From Macrostomum lignano (taxonomy: Eukaryota), in NCBI GenBank assembly GCA_002269645.1, contig NIVC01000655.1, positions 186,001 to 250,000 of the forward strand: a stretch of DNA of 64,000 bases, given 5' to 3'. The notes beneath the pieces were generated by a model, which was not told the origin of the DNA, searched no databases, and saw only the letters and a program-made list of their open reading frames with translations. Position numbers and translations under genes: made by a program. This document shows, piece after piece, positions 52,387-64,000 of this stretch. How positions within the stretch are numbered: position 1 is the stretch's first letter; the number at the start of each line of letters is the position of its first letter.

Positions 52387-53325
52387 ATGGGCCTCATCTG
52401 TCTAGTTACGGGTGCCACTCGCGGCATCGGCAAAGGCATCGCCCTGCAGCTGGGCGAGGCCGGTGCCACGGTGTACATCACTGGCCGAACGATGGACCCG
52501 AAGCCAGGTGCTGCAGTTGGCGGTAGCATCAAAGAAACCATTGCAGAGATTGAAGCCAGAGGCGGTCGAGCTATTGGTGTTCAATGCGATCACAAGAGGG
52601 ACGAGGATGTTAAGCGGTTGTTTGAGCAGATTCAGCAAGAGCAAAATGGTCGTCTGGACTTGCTGGTTAACAATGCTTATTCGGCGGTTCGCTTAATCTC
52701 CGAATCTATGGGCAAAAAGTTCTGGGAGTTAGATGTCTCAGCTTGGGACGAGGTGAACAATGTAGGCTTGCGCAATCACTACATCTGCTCTGTGTACGCT
52801 TCTCGCATGATGGTAGAGCGGGGCACGGGTCTTATCGTTAACCTATCCTCACCTGGTGGTCTTCGCTACCTGTTCAACGTGCCCTACGGTGTGGGAAAAG
52901 CTGCCCTGGATCGCATGGCAGGCGACTTCGCGGTGGAGCTGAAGCCTCGGGGCATTGCCGCTATCAGCCTTTGGCCCGGCGCCGTTCAAACCGAAGAGAT
53001 CATGTCTGATTTATCTAAAATGCCGCCTCGTCAACGTCGCATGTTTGAGCAAGGCGAGACTGTCGAGTTCGCTGGAAAAGCCATTGTTGCATTGGCTTCT
53101 ACACCTGTGAGCAGCTTGTTAAAGGACAAGACTGGCCGAGTGCTGCTGACTGGCGACCTTGCCGACGAGTACGGCCTGCGCGACGCTGGCGGCCGTCAGA
53201 TTCAATCCATGCGATCTATTCGGTTCATGCTGGAACAGGCAGGCTTTCTACGACTGGCTCGTCTTGTGCCCACCTTTGTGAAAGTGCCGCGCTTTTTTCT
53301 AGCCATAATGGGCAGTAAGTTTTAG
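52387..53325 (+). CDS. DHRS1: DHRS1-like SDR, copy 3 (intronless body; start at ATG 52387, ATG 52342 or an upstream exon)
   Basis: Same motifs; TTTCAG acceptor at about 52354-52359 upstream; mosaic near-identity to copy 1. Confidence 0.9.
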   Translation: MGLICLVTGATRGIGKGIALQLGEAGATVYITGRTMDPKPGAAVGGSIKETIAEIEARGGRAIGVQCDHKRDEDVKRLFEQIQQEQNGRLDLLVNNAYSAVRLISESMGKKFWELDVSAWDEVNNVGLRNHYICSVYASRMMVERGTGLIVNLSSPGGLRYLFNVPYGVGKAALDRMAGDFAVELKPRGIAAISLWPGAVQTEEIMSDLSKMPPRQRRMFEQGETVEFAGKAIVALASTPVSSLLKDKTGRVLLTGDLADEYGLRDAGGRQIQSMRSIRFMLEQAGFLRLARLVPTFVKVPRFFLAIMGSKF

Positions 53326-54003
53326 TTTGCGTGTTTCAATCGTTGAAGGCGTTAACTAAACTTTTTGAAGCCGTGTTAGACTCTTAGCCTGATTAATTGA
53401 TGTCATCTTTTTTCTTGCCTTGATTTTTATTTCTAGCGCTTGATTTTGCTTAGTTTTTTATTTAATCAACAGTATTTTCAAGTGAAGCAACATTGGTGCG
53501 CAGCTTAGATTGAAATTAGATTAGGATAAGTTGAGCTTTGTTATTGCTAGCGTTGTCGTTTACTAGGTAGGTAGGCTTTTACTTTAAGCTAATAATGATT
53601 ATAACGGTTTATGCCATCTGCTCCCTGGCTAGAGTTTTGCTATTTTAAATGGATCATCTTATTACTTCTCTCCTTACCCCTCTCGTCTGACCCCTTTACT
53701 TTACGACCAACCATGCCACTTCACTGGTTGGGGTCTGTTCTTATTTTCTTATCTGTCTCCTTCGTTCTTATTGGCTGTCAAGTGTGGGCTTTCCGATTAT
53801 TTTTCGTGAACTGGGGTAGCGCTCTTGTGTTTAATCGATATTCTAGCCCACCTCACGCCTCCCCTAGTACAGTCTGGTACCCTTTCCTTATTTCGTTATC
53901 TGGCTGTCTATTTAGTGTAAAAATCTAGGAAAGGATTTGTGCCCTTACGGTTGCGTCTTTATAAACCTCACTCAGATTAAAGAATCCAAGACCCGTCGTG
54001 TCT

Positions 54004-54596
54004 ATGTACTTTACATTTCTGTACATTTGTACTTACTGTACATTTCGCCGAAATTAATTTCATAGCCATCTGGACATTGGACTATGGACAACTACACTAA
54101 TGCAAATGTGATTTAGATGTCTACTATGGCTTAAAAAATAAAGTATTGTATTAGTAATATTGCGCGAGTATTTACCTACCATAGCCTTTTTGCAGCTTAA
54201 TTTCGTTAGCTTACCAGCATTACGAGCGTAGTTTTAACTCATTCAATTCAGAAGTCAATGCAATAAAACCACTTATTTATTTCACCAGAAAAGCCACTAG
54301 AAACGATTTCAATCGGCATTTTTGTATTTCACAACCCTACTATATATATATACCACTGGCTATAGACTTTTTACCATAGACTATGTAGAAGGAAGAATTC
54401 TTAATTTTAACTTTATTTTTCAAGCCATAACATCTAAATCACATTTATATTAGTGTATTTGTCCATGGTTTGATGTCCAGATGGTTGTGAAATTAATTTC
54501 GGCGAAACGAGAATCGGCAAAATGAGAATGTCGGCGAAACGAGAATCGGCAGAATAAGATTCGGCGAAACGAGAATCGGCGAAATGAGAGGTACCC
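54004..54596. mobile_element. Mutator-like foldback MITE (about 593 bp)
   Basis: Inverted arms about 54041-54145 / 54405-54510; TCGGCGAAA subterminal repeats; 9-bp direct repeat GTCGTGTCT at 53995-54003 and 54597-54605; left terminus degenerate. Confidence 0.65.
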
Positions 54597-55369
54597 GTCG
54601 TGTCTGTCACTTGTTTGTCTATTAATCGTAACGATTGTCCTTTATTCCAAAAAAGAATCAAATTATTCGTCTACAAATAAAAGAGTTGACAATAAATAAG
54701 CTTTTCGTGTACACTCATCCCATTGATAAAAGTAAATTAAAATTTAAACTTCAACTTAAACAAGATCCTCGATAAAATCAACTTATCATTTAGCAAAAAA
54801 ATTTTTAGGTTTAGAAATCGCAGTAGTTTCTGATTTTTTAGCTCCGCATCTTTTTTATTATTCTCACTTTTCTTAGTTTTACCATCTGTTGAAACAAAAA
54901 AATCACGGATTTTAATTATACAAGTATTCGACGCAAGGATGAATATGTGCCAATATTAGTCAAATTCGTCAAAAGGCTTCTATTCTTCATTGATTGTTTG
55001 ATTGATTGATTGATTGATTCTTCATTCTTCATTGATTGTTTAAGTGACTGAGCTAATAAAAGGCCTTTTCCATTTTATAATTGCTCATATTGTATGTATA
55101 AAATTTACAATTTACAGTATCAAGACTATTCGTGTTCTTTATATTTTCCAAATTTTTATATTTTTTAAAAAAATATACGTATTCAGTTCTACTTTCAGGC
55201 TCGAGTAGCAAGTCGATATTTTCTTTTTGATTTTATGTGCTTGCCTTCATTTGCTTTTTTAAAGGATAGAAATATAGATTTTAGCAACAAATATGATCAT
55301 AAAGATATCCAGTCAGCTGTCCATGTTCACATACTAAGCATACGAACCCAATCAATTGTTATACCGCAG

Positions 55370-57658
55370 GCGCCCCAATTGGAGCCCACGTCGGCCTCTA
55401 ACTCTGTCCTGCCGAACAGGCCGGAGCAGACGCAATCACCGCAAACACCACCGACTCCAGATTGGTTACGATCAGGGCAATCATCGGCTCAATTGATGCA
55501 ATCAGCTGGCCAAAGGTCGCAGACGATGCGCTATCAAAACCGTCCTAGTCAAATTTTGACTGCCAACGAAAATGAAATACTGTTTAGCTTACTTGGCGAT
55601 CGTTGTACAGCCTTAGCAACCACAGTTTGTAGATTGTTCTTCAGTAAACATGGCCGCTGGAAGCTAAAGTGCACTGCGTCCTCTCTTTTGTTCGCGACGC
55701 TAATCGACGCTCATTTTTTTTACGTTTCTACATATAATGAGCGCAGCTTGATTTTTGAACAGGAAATCTATCAGGGCATGGAATACGAACGTGTGGACCC
55801 AACTTTGTACCAGTTTGAAGCCGACGATAAAGTTGTGGCTGTAAACTTTATGGAAAGCGAAATTGGACGAGCTGAAGCTGAAGAAATAGCCAATCATCTT
55901 AATCACCAAGTTACGCGAATGGGTCTTCGCGAGGATATTCCGGAGCCTCTGTCGAGCCCATCAGCGGACAGCTCAGAAGGCAAAAACGGTAAAAAGAAGA
56001 AAAAAGGCAAGGAAAGCGCTGAGAAGCCTCCAAAAATTAAAACTGGCGCCCGACTGAAGGCATTCTTCAAGCGGCACAAGCCAGGCAGGAGCAAGGACCG
56101 GGATAAGACTGTCGAAGGCGCCGGCAAAAGCAAGAAAATCCGCCCCGAGGATATTAGCGGTCCAACTGATTCGCGTCACGTCTTACACGTTGGGTACAAC
56201 GATGCTCAAAACAAAGACGCCAAGTACGAGCTGGACATCGCTAAGGATCCCGCGTTGAGGTTCCTGCTTGGAAAACTTGGCTACGATTTAGATAAGACTG
56301 CGCAGTCAAGTTATGGCAGGGAGCAAATCGCAAAAGTTGTGAACAGCATAGGCGGTATGGAGCAGGTGTACGCAGCTGCCGCTTCCCAAGGCTTTGATTC
56401 TCCGATGACACCTGTGTCCCAGATGAGCGCCCGTTCTCCAGCGTCCGAGAGCTTCTATGAGACTACACCACCTGTTCTGCGCGTGCACACAGACAGACAA
56501 GAAAGTCCAATTCACAGCACTCCGAGTCGAGGGAATGACACAACGGCTTCTGCACCTGGCAGTCCTGAAAGCAGTGAAAAACTGAAGATGAGCGCCCGTT
56601 CTCCAGGGTCCGATAGCTACTGTTTGAATACACCTGCTGTTCCGAGCGTTCACGCACAGACACCCGAAAGTCCAAGTAAAAGCTTTTTGAGTCGAGTGAA
56701 TGACACAAAGGCTTCACCTGGCAGTCCTGACAACAGTGAAAGCAGTCCGTTTGGCCAATCCAATGATCCATTGAATGCGGCCTTGCGGGCCTTCAAGCAT
56801 GACAAGTTGAAGAATGTCAAAAAGACGAACGCTACTCCGACAGGAGAGATACCTCCCGCTCCGCCGCCGCCTCCTCCGCCTCCTCCACCGCCTCCGCCCT
56901 TCGGCGCCAAGAAATCTGGTGGTAACATCCCACCTGCTCCGCCGCCTCCTCCGCCCCCTCCTCCCCCGCCTCCGCCCTTTGGCGCCAAGAAATCTGGTGG
57001 TAACATCCCGCCTGCTCCGCCGCCTCCTCCACCCCCTCCACCACCGCCTCCGCCCTTTGGTGCCAAGACATCTGGTGGTAACATCCCACCTGCTCCGCCG
57101 CCGCCTCCGCCCCCTCCCCCGCCTCCGCCCATCGTCATCAAGAAAGGTGGCGGAAACATCCCACCTGCTCCGCCGGCACCGCCCGGACCTAATCTTCCCC
57201 CCGGCGCAGTGGCCATGCCAGGCATTGGTGGCGGCGGCTTGACTGCTGAGACGATGCAGCTTGGCAGAGCGAAATTGAATCCGGTTGGCAATCGCAATCT
57301 TCCTGAACGGAAGGTAGAAAAGAACCCTGCTACTAATCATGACTGCGTTGTGAATGAAATAAAAGGTGCTTTTGTCAACGCGAAGGGCAGTTCCAGTCCC
57401 GATGTGGACGAATTTAAAAAGGATGACGAAAGCGATTCTGGGGTCGACAATAGTCCAATCTGTTATAAGAACGTGTTCAAGACGATAAACCAGGGCAAAG
57501 GGCCACGCGCCGTTCCGCCTAAGCCAACGACCGCAGAGCCTGACAAAAATGATATTGTGAATGCCTTGAGCAAAGCTTTAGACGAAATAAATAAGGCTCA
57601 ACATGGCAGTGACGACTCTGATGATGATGATGAAGAAGACAGCGAATGGGATGACTGA
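55370..57658 (+). CDS. WASP/N-WASP-like actin nucleation-promoting factor, copy 1 (large exon; start at ATG 55496 or an upstream exon)
   Basis: Acceptor CCGCAG at 55369; WH1 (FEQEIY..M.Y..FEADD), basic region, CRIB ISGPTDSRHVLHVG, poly-Pro repeats, WH2-like motifs, central helix and acidic DDSDDDDEEDSEWDD end. Confidence 0.9.
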   Translation, partial: APQLEPTSASNSVLPNRPEQTQSPQTPPTPDWLRSGQSSAQLMQSAGQRSQTMRYQNRPSQILTANENEILFSLLGDRCTALATTVCRLFFSKHGRWKLKCTASSLLFATLIDAHFFYVSTYNERSLIFEQEIYQGMEYERVDPTLYQFEADDKVVAVNFMESEIGRAEAEEIANHLNHQVTRMGLREDIPEPLSSPSADSSEGKNGKKKKKGKESAEKPPKIKTGARLKAFFKRHKPGRSKDRDKTVEGAGKSKKIRPEDISGPTDSRHVLHVGYNDAQNKDAKYELDIAKDPALRFLLGKLGYDLDKTAQSSYGREQIAKVVNSIGGMEQVYAAAASQGFDSPMTPVSQMSARSPASESFYETTPPVLRVHTDRQESPIHSTPSRGNDTTASAPGSPESSEKLKMSARSPGSDSYCLNTPAVPSVHAQTPESPSKSFLSRVNDTKASPGSPDNSESSPFGQSNDPLNAALRAFKHDKLKNVKKTNATPTGEIPPAPPPPPPPPPPPPPFGAKKSGGNIPPAPPPPPPPPPPPPPFGAKKSGGNIPPAPPPPPPPPPPPPPFGAKTSGGNIPPAPPPPPPPPPPPPIVIKKGGGNIPPAPPAPPGPNLPPGAVAMPGIGGGGLTAETMQLGRAKLNPVGNRNLPERKVEKNPATNHDCVVNEIKGAFVNAKGSSSPDVDEFKKDDESDSGVDNSPICYKNVFKTINQGKGPRAVPPKPTTAEPDKNDIVNALSKALDEINKAQHGSDDSDDDDEEDSEWDD
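56850..57190 (+). repeat. Coding 78-bp (26-aa) poly-proline repeat in WASP copy 1
   Basis: GAAATCTGGT at 56911 and 56989; GGNIPPAP(P)nFGAKKS units. Confidence 0.9.
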
Positions 57659-58624
57659 TTCCGACTTTCCTTTCCGTATTTAAATTAACCGTCAATTGGC
57701 AGACAGAAACACGCACTTTGAGCAAGTTCTGTGACACAAATCGTAAATGCAATGCCAGCTATTCTGCGACGAGTCTTGACTTTTGATGCCGTCTTGTTGG
57801 TCTAATTTGAAAAAAAACAAGTTTCTGTTATGTTTGAAACACGCCGCGCGAATAACTTCTGTTAAATAAAAATTTTCCCACTGCATTTTCGTTATCAAAA
57901 ACTGCATTTGTTTTTGCCGTCGATTTTAGTTTAGTTGATTCATTCCGATAAGTTTGATCAGCTGATAAACTTATTTGTCTGATGCATGCTGCATGCATAT
58001 CGCATTTTGTTTTTCTTTTAATGAACTCGATATGGCTTTCATTTTACCCGATTTTGCTCGGGTTTGCTCTTGGGGGCAAGTTTTTGTGTTTACTACTACG
58101 AGTATTTGATAAAAAAAAAAGAGCTATTTTGATTTTAGTTTAAAGAATATCATTGTCTTTGGTTTTATTTATTTTATTATTTTTCGTTTTTCTCTAGTGT
58201 CGCTACTTATGTTTATGTCGTTCCAGAAGCTTAAAATAGTCAATTCCGCTTGCTCACAATTTAAATGAATTCGACTGTGGCAATTATCAAGCTTCTGAAA
58301 GTTATCCTTCTGTTCTTATCTCTGCTCTGTTTCGCTGAGCGCCTGCTCTTTGCATTCTTCATCAATTTAAAAAACCTTTCAAGTTAGTTTGCCTAACATA
58401 ACATCATTTATCACCTCACTTCAACCGTTTTCACTTTTTGTCATTCTGACACGTATCAGACACAAAGAATGGGTCAGTGTCACTGTTAAGTCTAAATAAA
58501 TGATGTTAGACGCTAACTATATTAAAGAGACTGGTACTCTAGACTTCTACACTTCGCATGTTTCAATAATCTGATGCATTTTCGTTGCAGCTAATTCGAT
58601 TAACTTCAAACCACTTTATTCAAA

Positions 58625-60147
58625 ATGGGTGCCGGAGTCAAAGGTAAGTCTTGAATTTGACTTTGAAACTTGATTAGATTAACAATTGAAACATTGATTA
58701 GTAAATAATCTACTATTCATTCGATTTTACAGGTATCATTCTACTGTCATTTTCCGCCTCGGTCGGTCTTACCTTTCTATTGTTGGCTTGCGCACTGCCT
58801 CAGTATGGGTGAGATTTGTTTGTTTAACTAATTGATTGTACTTTTACTGCTCGTTTTACTGCATTGGACCTGTTTACTATATGATTTATATCCATTGAGT
58901 AGTGTGAGGTGGACAGTCAGGCTGAGAAAATGCGTTTATTTTATTCAAAAAGCACTCGAGATTACGCAAATCAAAGTTTATCTGCTCGGATTTCTGTCTT
59001 TTTTGACTGTCCATTTCATAGCCTATGGCTAAAATTTGTCAGACAGAACCACAGATACCAAAATAACGAGATGGGCCACTCAGGCATATATAATATACTT
59101 AGTAAAACAGCTTTCTACTTTCAGTTCAGTAGCAAAGAAGAATGCATAGCTATTTTATAAAAAAAGGCAGCTGAAATCACTTTGATAAGTTTAGAAGCCC
59201 AAGCTTGCAGGCGTAAACAACTTGCTAATTGGTTCAGCAATGATGTACATTGGCCAGTGCACTGAAATGTACATGGCCGCTTTAGGCTGGAATTTCCAAG
59301 AAAGGCAGTTAAAATTGGGGCGGGCGGGGCGGGGGTAGATTGAAAGAAAAGCGCGGTTGGAGGTTTAATTGGGGCGGGGTGAAAGCCAATAAATGAACCT
59401 TATCTTTAAAGCTTCCGTTTAAATTGCTACTGAACAGTACTGAAAGTAGCTTACACGCAAATGTGCTGAGTGGCCTATCTAATTATTCTAGAATCTGTGG
59501 ACAGAACGAAACCATGGCGTCTGCGACATGTAAAACCTTGATATAAATATCCGTAATGTCCTTACTAAACTAGACGATAGGGATATTGAAAAGTTGGCTA
59601 AGCAGAGTTTCGAGCAACGATTTGTACTTTCGATAAGGAGCCCATCAATAAATTATTTTAATTGCAGTGTTATATGCATTTATGCTTTCCTTCTGGTCTA
59701 AAGCAACGAGAATATTTATGAAATAACGGTTAAAAATCAGGAGTATAATGTAGAAAACAGGAAATGAAAAAAATTTCCGCAGACACTGATTGCGCCGTCT
59801 TACACATCGCCCACGCAACCCTCCAATCCGTTAGAATGTGGTGGCCAATGTTTGTGCTAATTTTCTACCTGTTGGCTCCGGTGCCCTACCTGTTAGCCAA
59901 GCGCATTTCGGACTCGACATCAACGTCTGGCGTCGCCTGGGAGACCGCAATATTTCTCACCTCGGTCCTGGTGGTGTCGGCCTACGGCTTGCCCATAGTG
60001 CTGGCCCACACTCCAATTGGTAAACCGGCTATCCAATGGGGCGCTTGCGCTCTCGTACTGTCCGGCAATACCGTCATGTTTCTCACTATTCTGGGATTCT
60101 TTCTAGTATTCCGCGACAATGACGGATTCTCTTATTCGGCTTGGTGA
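58625..60147 (+). CDS. LEPROTL1: Vps55/OB-RGRP family protein (LEPROT/LEPROTL1-like), 3 exons, 135 aa
   Basis: Exons 58625-58643, 58733-58808, 59835-60147 (408 nt, in frame): [60 protein letters not shown]..FLVF. LEPROT and LEPROTL1 are not distinguishable here. Confidence 0.9.
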
Positions 60148-60319
60148 TGCTGTAACTGATACTAATACCTAAGATTTTGTACTTTTTGCCTCATATCTAT
60201 TCTCTTTTATGTTGTGCAACCGGTTTTTCGCTTGCACTAAAACGTATATCTTACCTGAAATTCTTGGAGCCAAATACTTTTCTGAGCTCACTAAAACTCA
60301 TCCCTGAGTTCACATGATT

Positions 60320-60730
60320 GGTCTATACCACCATGGACATCCTGAACACACCATGGACATCCTGAACCCACCATGGACATCCTGAACCCACCATGGACAT
60401 CCTGAACACACTATGGACATCCTAAACCCACCAAAAACATCCTGAGCCCACCATGGACATTGTGAACCAACCATGTACATCCCGAACCAACCATAGACAT
60501 CCTGAACCCACCATAGACATCCTGAGCCCATCATGGACATCCTAAGCACCCCATGGACATCCTGAACCCACTATGGACATCCGAAACATATCATAGACAT
60601 CCTGAACCCACCATGAACATTCTGAATCGAACATGGACATCCTGAACCCACCATGGACATTCTGAACCCAACATGGACATCCTGAACCCACTATGGACAA
60701 CCTGAAGTCCTGAACCCACTATAGGCATTC
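60320..60730. repeat. 20-bp minisatellite (CCTGAACCCACCATGGACAT)
   Basis: Period 20 at 60361-60420. Confidence 0.93.
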
Positions 60731-63072
60731 TTAGTCCATCATAAGCATCATTGAAGCCACCTTAAGGACTTGAACCTATCGTGGGAATTCTAGGCTCGCT
60801 TCAAGTTTTTGATTATCTAACCTCGTAGCTGTTTTTTATTTCAACTTCAGTTTCAACACTGCTTCTCTGACAGATTGTACGAGAATCGCGCTTTAAAAAT
60901 TCTCATCTGTTACAGTTATTTCTATTTTTGTACATTGTTTTTATATGGCTTCACATGTATTAGCTGTTAGATTTGCGCTGTGTAATTGTGATTATTCAGT
61001 GCTGTAAAATTTCATTGTACCAAAAAGATTGTATACTATTCACAAAATAAAAATTATGAAAAAACCACGCGTTTAAATTCGCCGCTTCAAGCATATAGGA
61101 ATGGATGCATTGACGTAAGTTGTTTGTTTATCCGTTCGAATTATAATTGTTTAAGTTTGTGTTTCGTTTTAGTTAATTTTTGCTTTATTTCCAATCATTA
61201 ATCAAATGGCCTGCTTTTCGATTTTTAGGCTCTAAGCTTAACCTTTTCAAACTCGGATGCCACATTTAAATGTTGATAACTTTAAAGCTGTACACGTGTT
61301 AAAGTTTAAAAAAATCAAGCTTGCTTGAGAACTTGAGCTTGAGATGAACCATGTTAATGAAGTTTTAAGTTTCCCAGTTAAATTTGTGCCATGTTCAAAG
61401 CACAAAATGGAATTGGAATGCTCTTTGTCAGGAATTTAGTCATAATCATCTGAGCAGTGTTGCACAGCGTTGTTAAAAACAGTAAATTTCACTAGGGGCA
61501 AAAACGTTATAGTGTTGAAATAAAAAATAATAAATTTCTAACAGAACACTTCGTTAAAAATGGAAAAACTAGAGCTCTCCCTCCCCTGTTGCAGCCAACA
61601 ATCGCTTGCGCCAGACACCCATGCAGTGCGCACCAAGGTACATCTACCAAGTGTGCCAGTAGCATTACTGCTAGTAGTATATACTTATTTAAGTATATTG
61701 TGATTGCACAATTGATCTGAAATTTAAAATAACAGCTTTCTAAGAAAGCTAAGCCGATGATGTCTAAAATAACTGTCGTCAGTGGGACGACGAAGTGTGA
61801 AAAATCTTGTAGAAAATCTAGAAAAAGAAGTAACAAGGTAATGAAAGGCGACAAAGAGTTTCGCATAATTGCTATTTCCTTACCTAAAAAATTAACGATG
61901 GTCCGGGGTTGATTATTCTAAAAAAAGCATCAACTCTTATTAACGGAAACGTGTCCAACACTGCAGCTGAACACATTGGCTCACCAAACCTGCAGAGGTT
62001 GCGAGTAAAAATCACGGCTATATTACACTACGAACGGGCGTCCTACGTTTATTCTCTATACGTTTTATGCGAGTTTTTATTAAAATATTTAGGATTTTTT
62101 CATCAGTAAATTTTACATAAATTAAAATAAAGTAAAATACATTTTAACAAATTGGCGCATTTCAGTCGTGCGTCGTCAACACAATGCCAGAAGCAGCTAC
62201 GATACGGCCTGGCACGCACTATATGGTTCATCCAGTGACTTTATATTTACGAGCTACATTTATTAATGTCTGACGACTTGTTCTTTTTCTTATATTACTG
62301 TTTTCAATTAGTCCAATTTAAATGTAGAAATTTCCTAATTGTCCAAGCGCATGGTTCTGTAGCTCCGTGAAGGCTAACTTTGTTTACAACTATAAAATTC
62401 CACGATATTTGACTGCCAGCCTGCCTTTTTGTATGCTTTTACAGTGTAACCAAGATTGCACGCTAAGATTCCCCCTTACAGGCATGCCAATGGTTAGTGT
62501 TGCATTTACCTACACTGGCAGTCTAATGACCAAAGCGCATCTCATCGACACTGAAGCCTTCTACGGCAATTTGGATCTGCTTCTGTTTTCCTAGCCAAAC
62601 CCCTCACCAGCTTCAAGTCTAGTCACCCAGTCGAACAACTTCGCACCTCAGCCCGCCCTATTGCACACTGTCTGTTTAAATCAGAATAAATTTATTGCAC
62701 TAGTACCAATCCTTTACCGCTTCAAGCCTACGTATTTAAATCAATCGTGTACAAAATGCTGTTCTAGGCTCTTGCACAACTGTACAGTGCTTAAATTGGG
62801 ATCGTTAAAAATACACTACAAAAAAAGTGATTTTCTAGTTGACGACGATATTGTCACTATGTTTATTCTTTTGATTGAATATGATTCATTACTAGCATTG
62901 CTTTCGCATATGAAATTAGTAATTAGTCTACTTGTCTGAATCGTACAGTCACAGTCGCTTATTTTTTACTCGCTGTTACCTCTAATAATTATAGGGTCCA
63001 AACGATATTTTTACTTGACATTTTGATCCCATACTGATTATTGATTACATACTCTTTCGCTTTTCACTTCAG

Positions 63073-64000
63073 GCGCCCAATTCGCAGCTCGTGTCCTCTT
63101 CAAACATGAGGGGTGCGAATTCTGGCTCTCCAGCCAGCCCCCAGTCGCCACTGCAGTCGCCTCAGTCGCCTCAGTCGCCGGAGTCACCTCGCTTTCAGAA
63201 CTATCGGAGCCGACTGTTAAGTCCCATTGAGACCGGCATACTGTTCAACTTGCTGGGCGATCGCTGCACCGCCCTAGCAGCCACCGTGTCTCAAATATTT
63301 TACGCTCAACAGGGCCGCTGGGTGCCGAAGGAGACTGGCGTTCTCTGCTTCGTTCGCGACGCTAATCGTCGCTCATTTTTCCTACGCTTCTACGATATAA
63401 TAAGACGCCAATTGAAATTCGAGCAAGAGATCTATCAGGGCATGGAATACGAAAGCCAAGACGACACATTTCACCAGTTTGAAGCCGACGATCAAGTTGT
63501 GGGGTTCAACTTTGAAAATACGGAAATCGGACGCGCTGAAGCTGCTGAGATCGCCAATCAGCTCAATCAACAAGTTGAGCGGATGGGCCTTCGAGAGGCA
63601 ACTCCGGAGCCTCTGTCGAGCCCCTCTTCAGGGCCCAGCAGGTCTGGTACGCCTGGAGTTGGCAAAAGTCCCAACGTTAAAAGCAGCAAGAAGAAAAAGG
63701 GAAAAGACAAGGAAAGCACAGATAATTCTCCGAAAATGAAGACGGGCGCCCGACTGAAGGCATTCTTCAAGCGGCACAAGCCAGGCAGGAGCAAGGACCG
63801 GGATAAGACCACCGATGGCGCCGGCAAAAGCAAGAAAATCCGCCCCGAGGATATTAGCGGTCCGACTAACGTGCGCCACGTGTTGCACGTTGGGTACAAC
63901 GATACTCAAAAGACAGGCGCCCAGTACCAGATGGACATCGCTAAGGATCCGGCATTGAAGTTCCTGCTTGGAAAACTTGGCCATGATTTGGATAAGACTG
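63073..64000 (+). CDS. WASP-like gene, copy 2 (5' part; truncated by the window end)
   Basis: Acceptor CTTCAG at 63072, in-frame ATG 63106, open to the window end; canonical WH1 GVLCFVRDANRRSFFLRFYD..FEQEIY; CRIB ISGPTNVRHVLHVG. Absent from the ORF track, presumably because there is no stop. Confidence 0.9.

Noticed and set aside
55235-55369. N-terminal 45 aa of the 807-aa ORF
   Set aside because: AT-rich intron-like sequence before a CAG acceptor that is also present in the paralog.
60760-60840. B-box-like GGTTCAAGTCC on the minus strand
   Set aside because: No credible A box or cloverleaf.

Overview
Eukaryotic (animal) genomic DNA. It most resembles a Macrostomum-like flatworm; this is inferred from GC/CpG-rich, poly-Ala/Gln exons and introns packed with minisatellites, not proven. 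Twelve genes can be supported, most with GT-AG exon models that close the reading frame. Minus strand (left half): two orphan rhodopsin-class GPCRs, a PPP-family Ser/Thr phosphatase, WDR13 and U2AF65/U2AF2. Plus strand (right half): HRD1/SYVN1, three DHRS1-like SDRs, two WASP-like genes (the second cut off by the window end) and LEPROT/Vps55. All genes point away from one CpG-rich divergence point at about 34.3 kb. The non-coding DNA holds many tandem arrays (several with a 22-bp period) and non-autonomous DNA transposons, including a nested pair with 8-bp TSDs. The most striking signal is a regional mutational domain on both sides of the U2AF65/HRD1 divergence point. CpG is almost erased there, paired repeat copies show directional CpG loss, and GGCCTA is repeatedly inserted at TA sites to give TAGGCCTA. 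Other notable items are a CxxC-x12-CxxH insert in the phosphatase, patchwork gene conversion in three paralog sets, and a triple-deletion compensated frameshift in one WASP WH1 domain.
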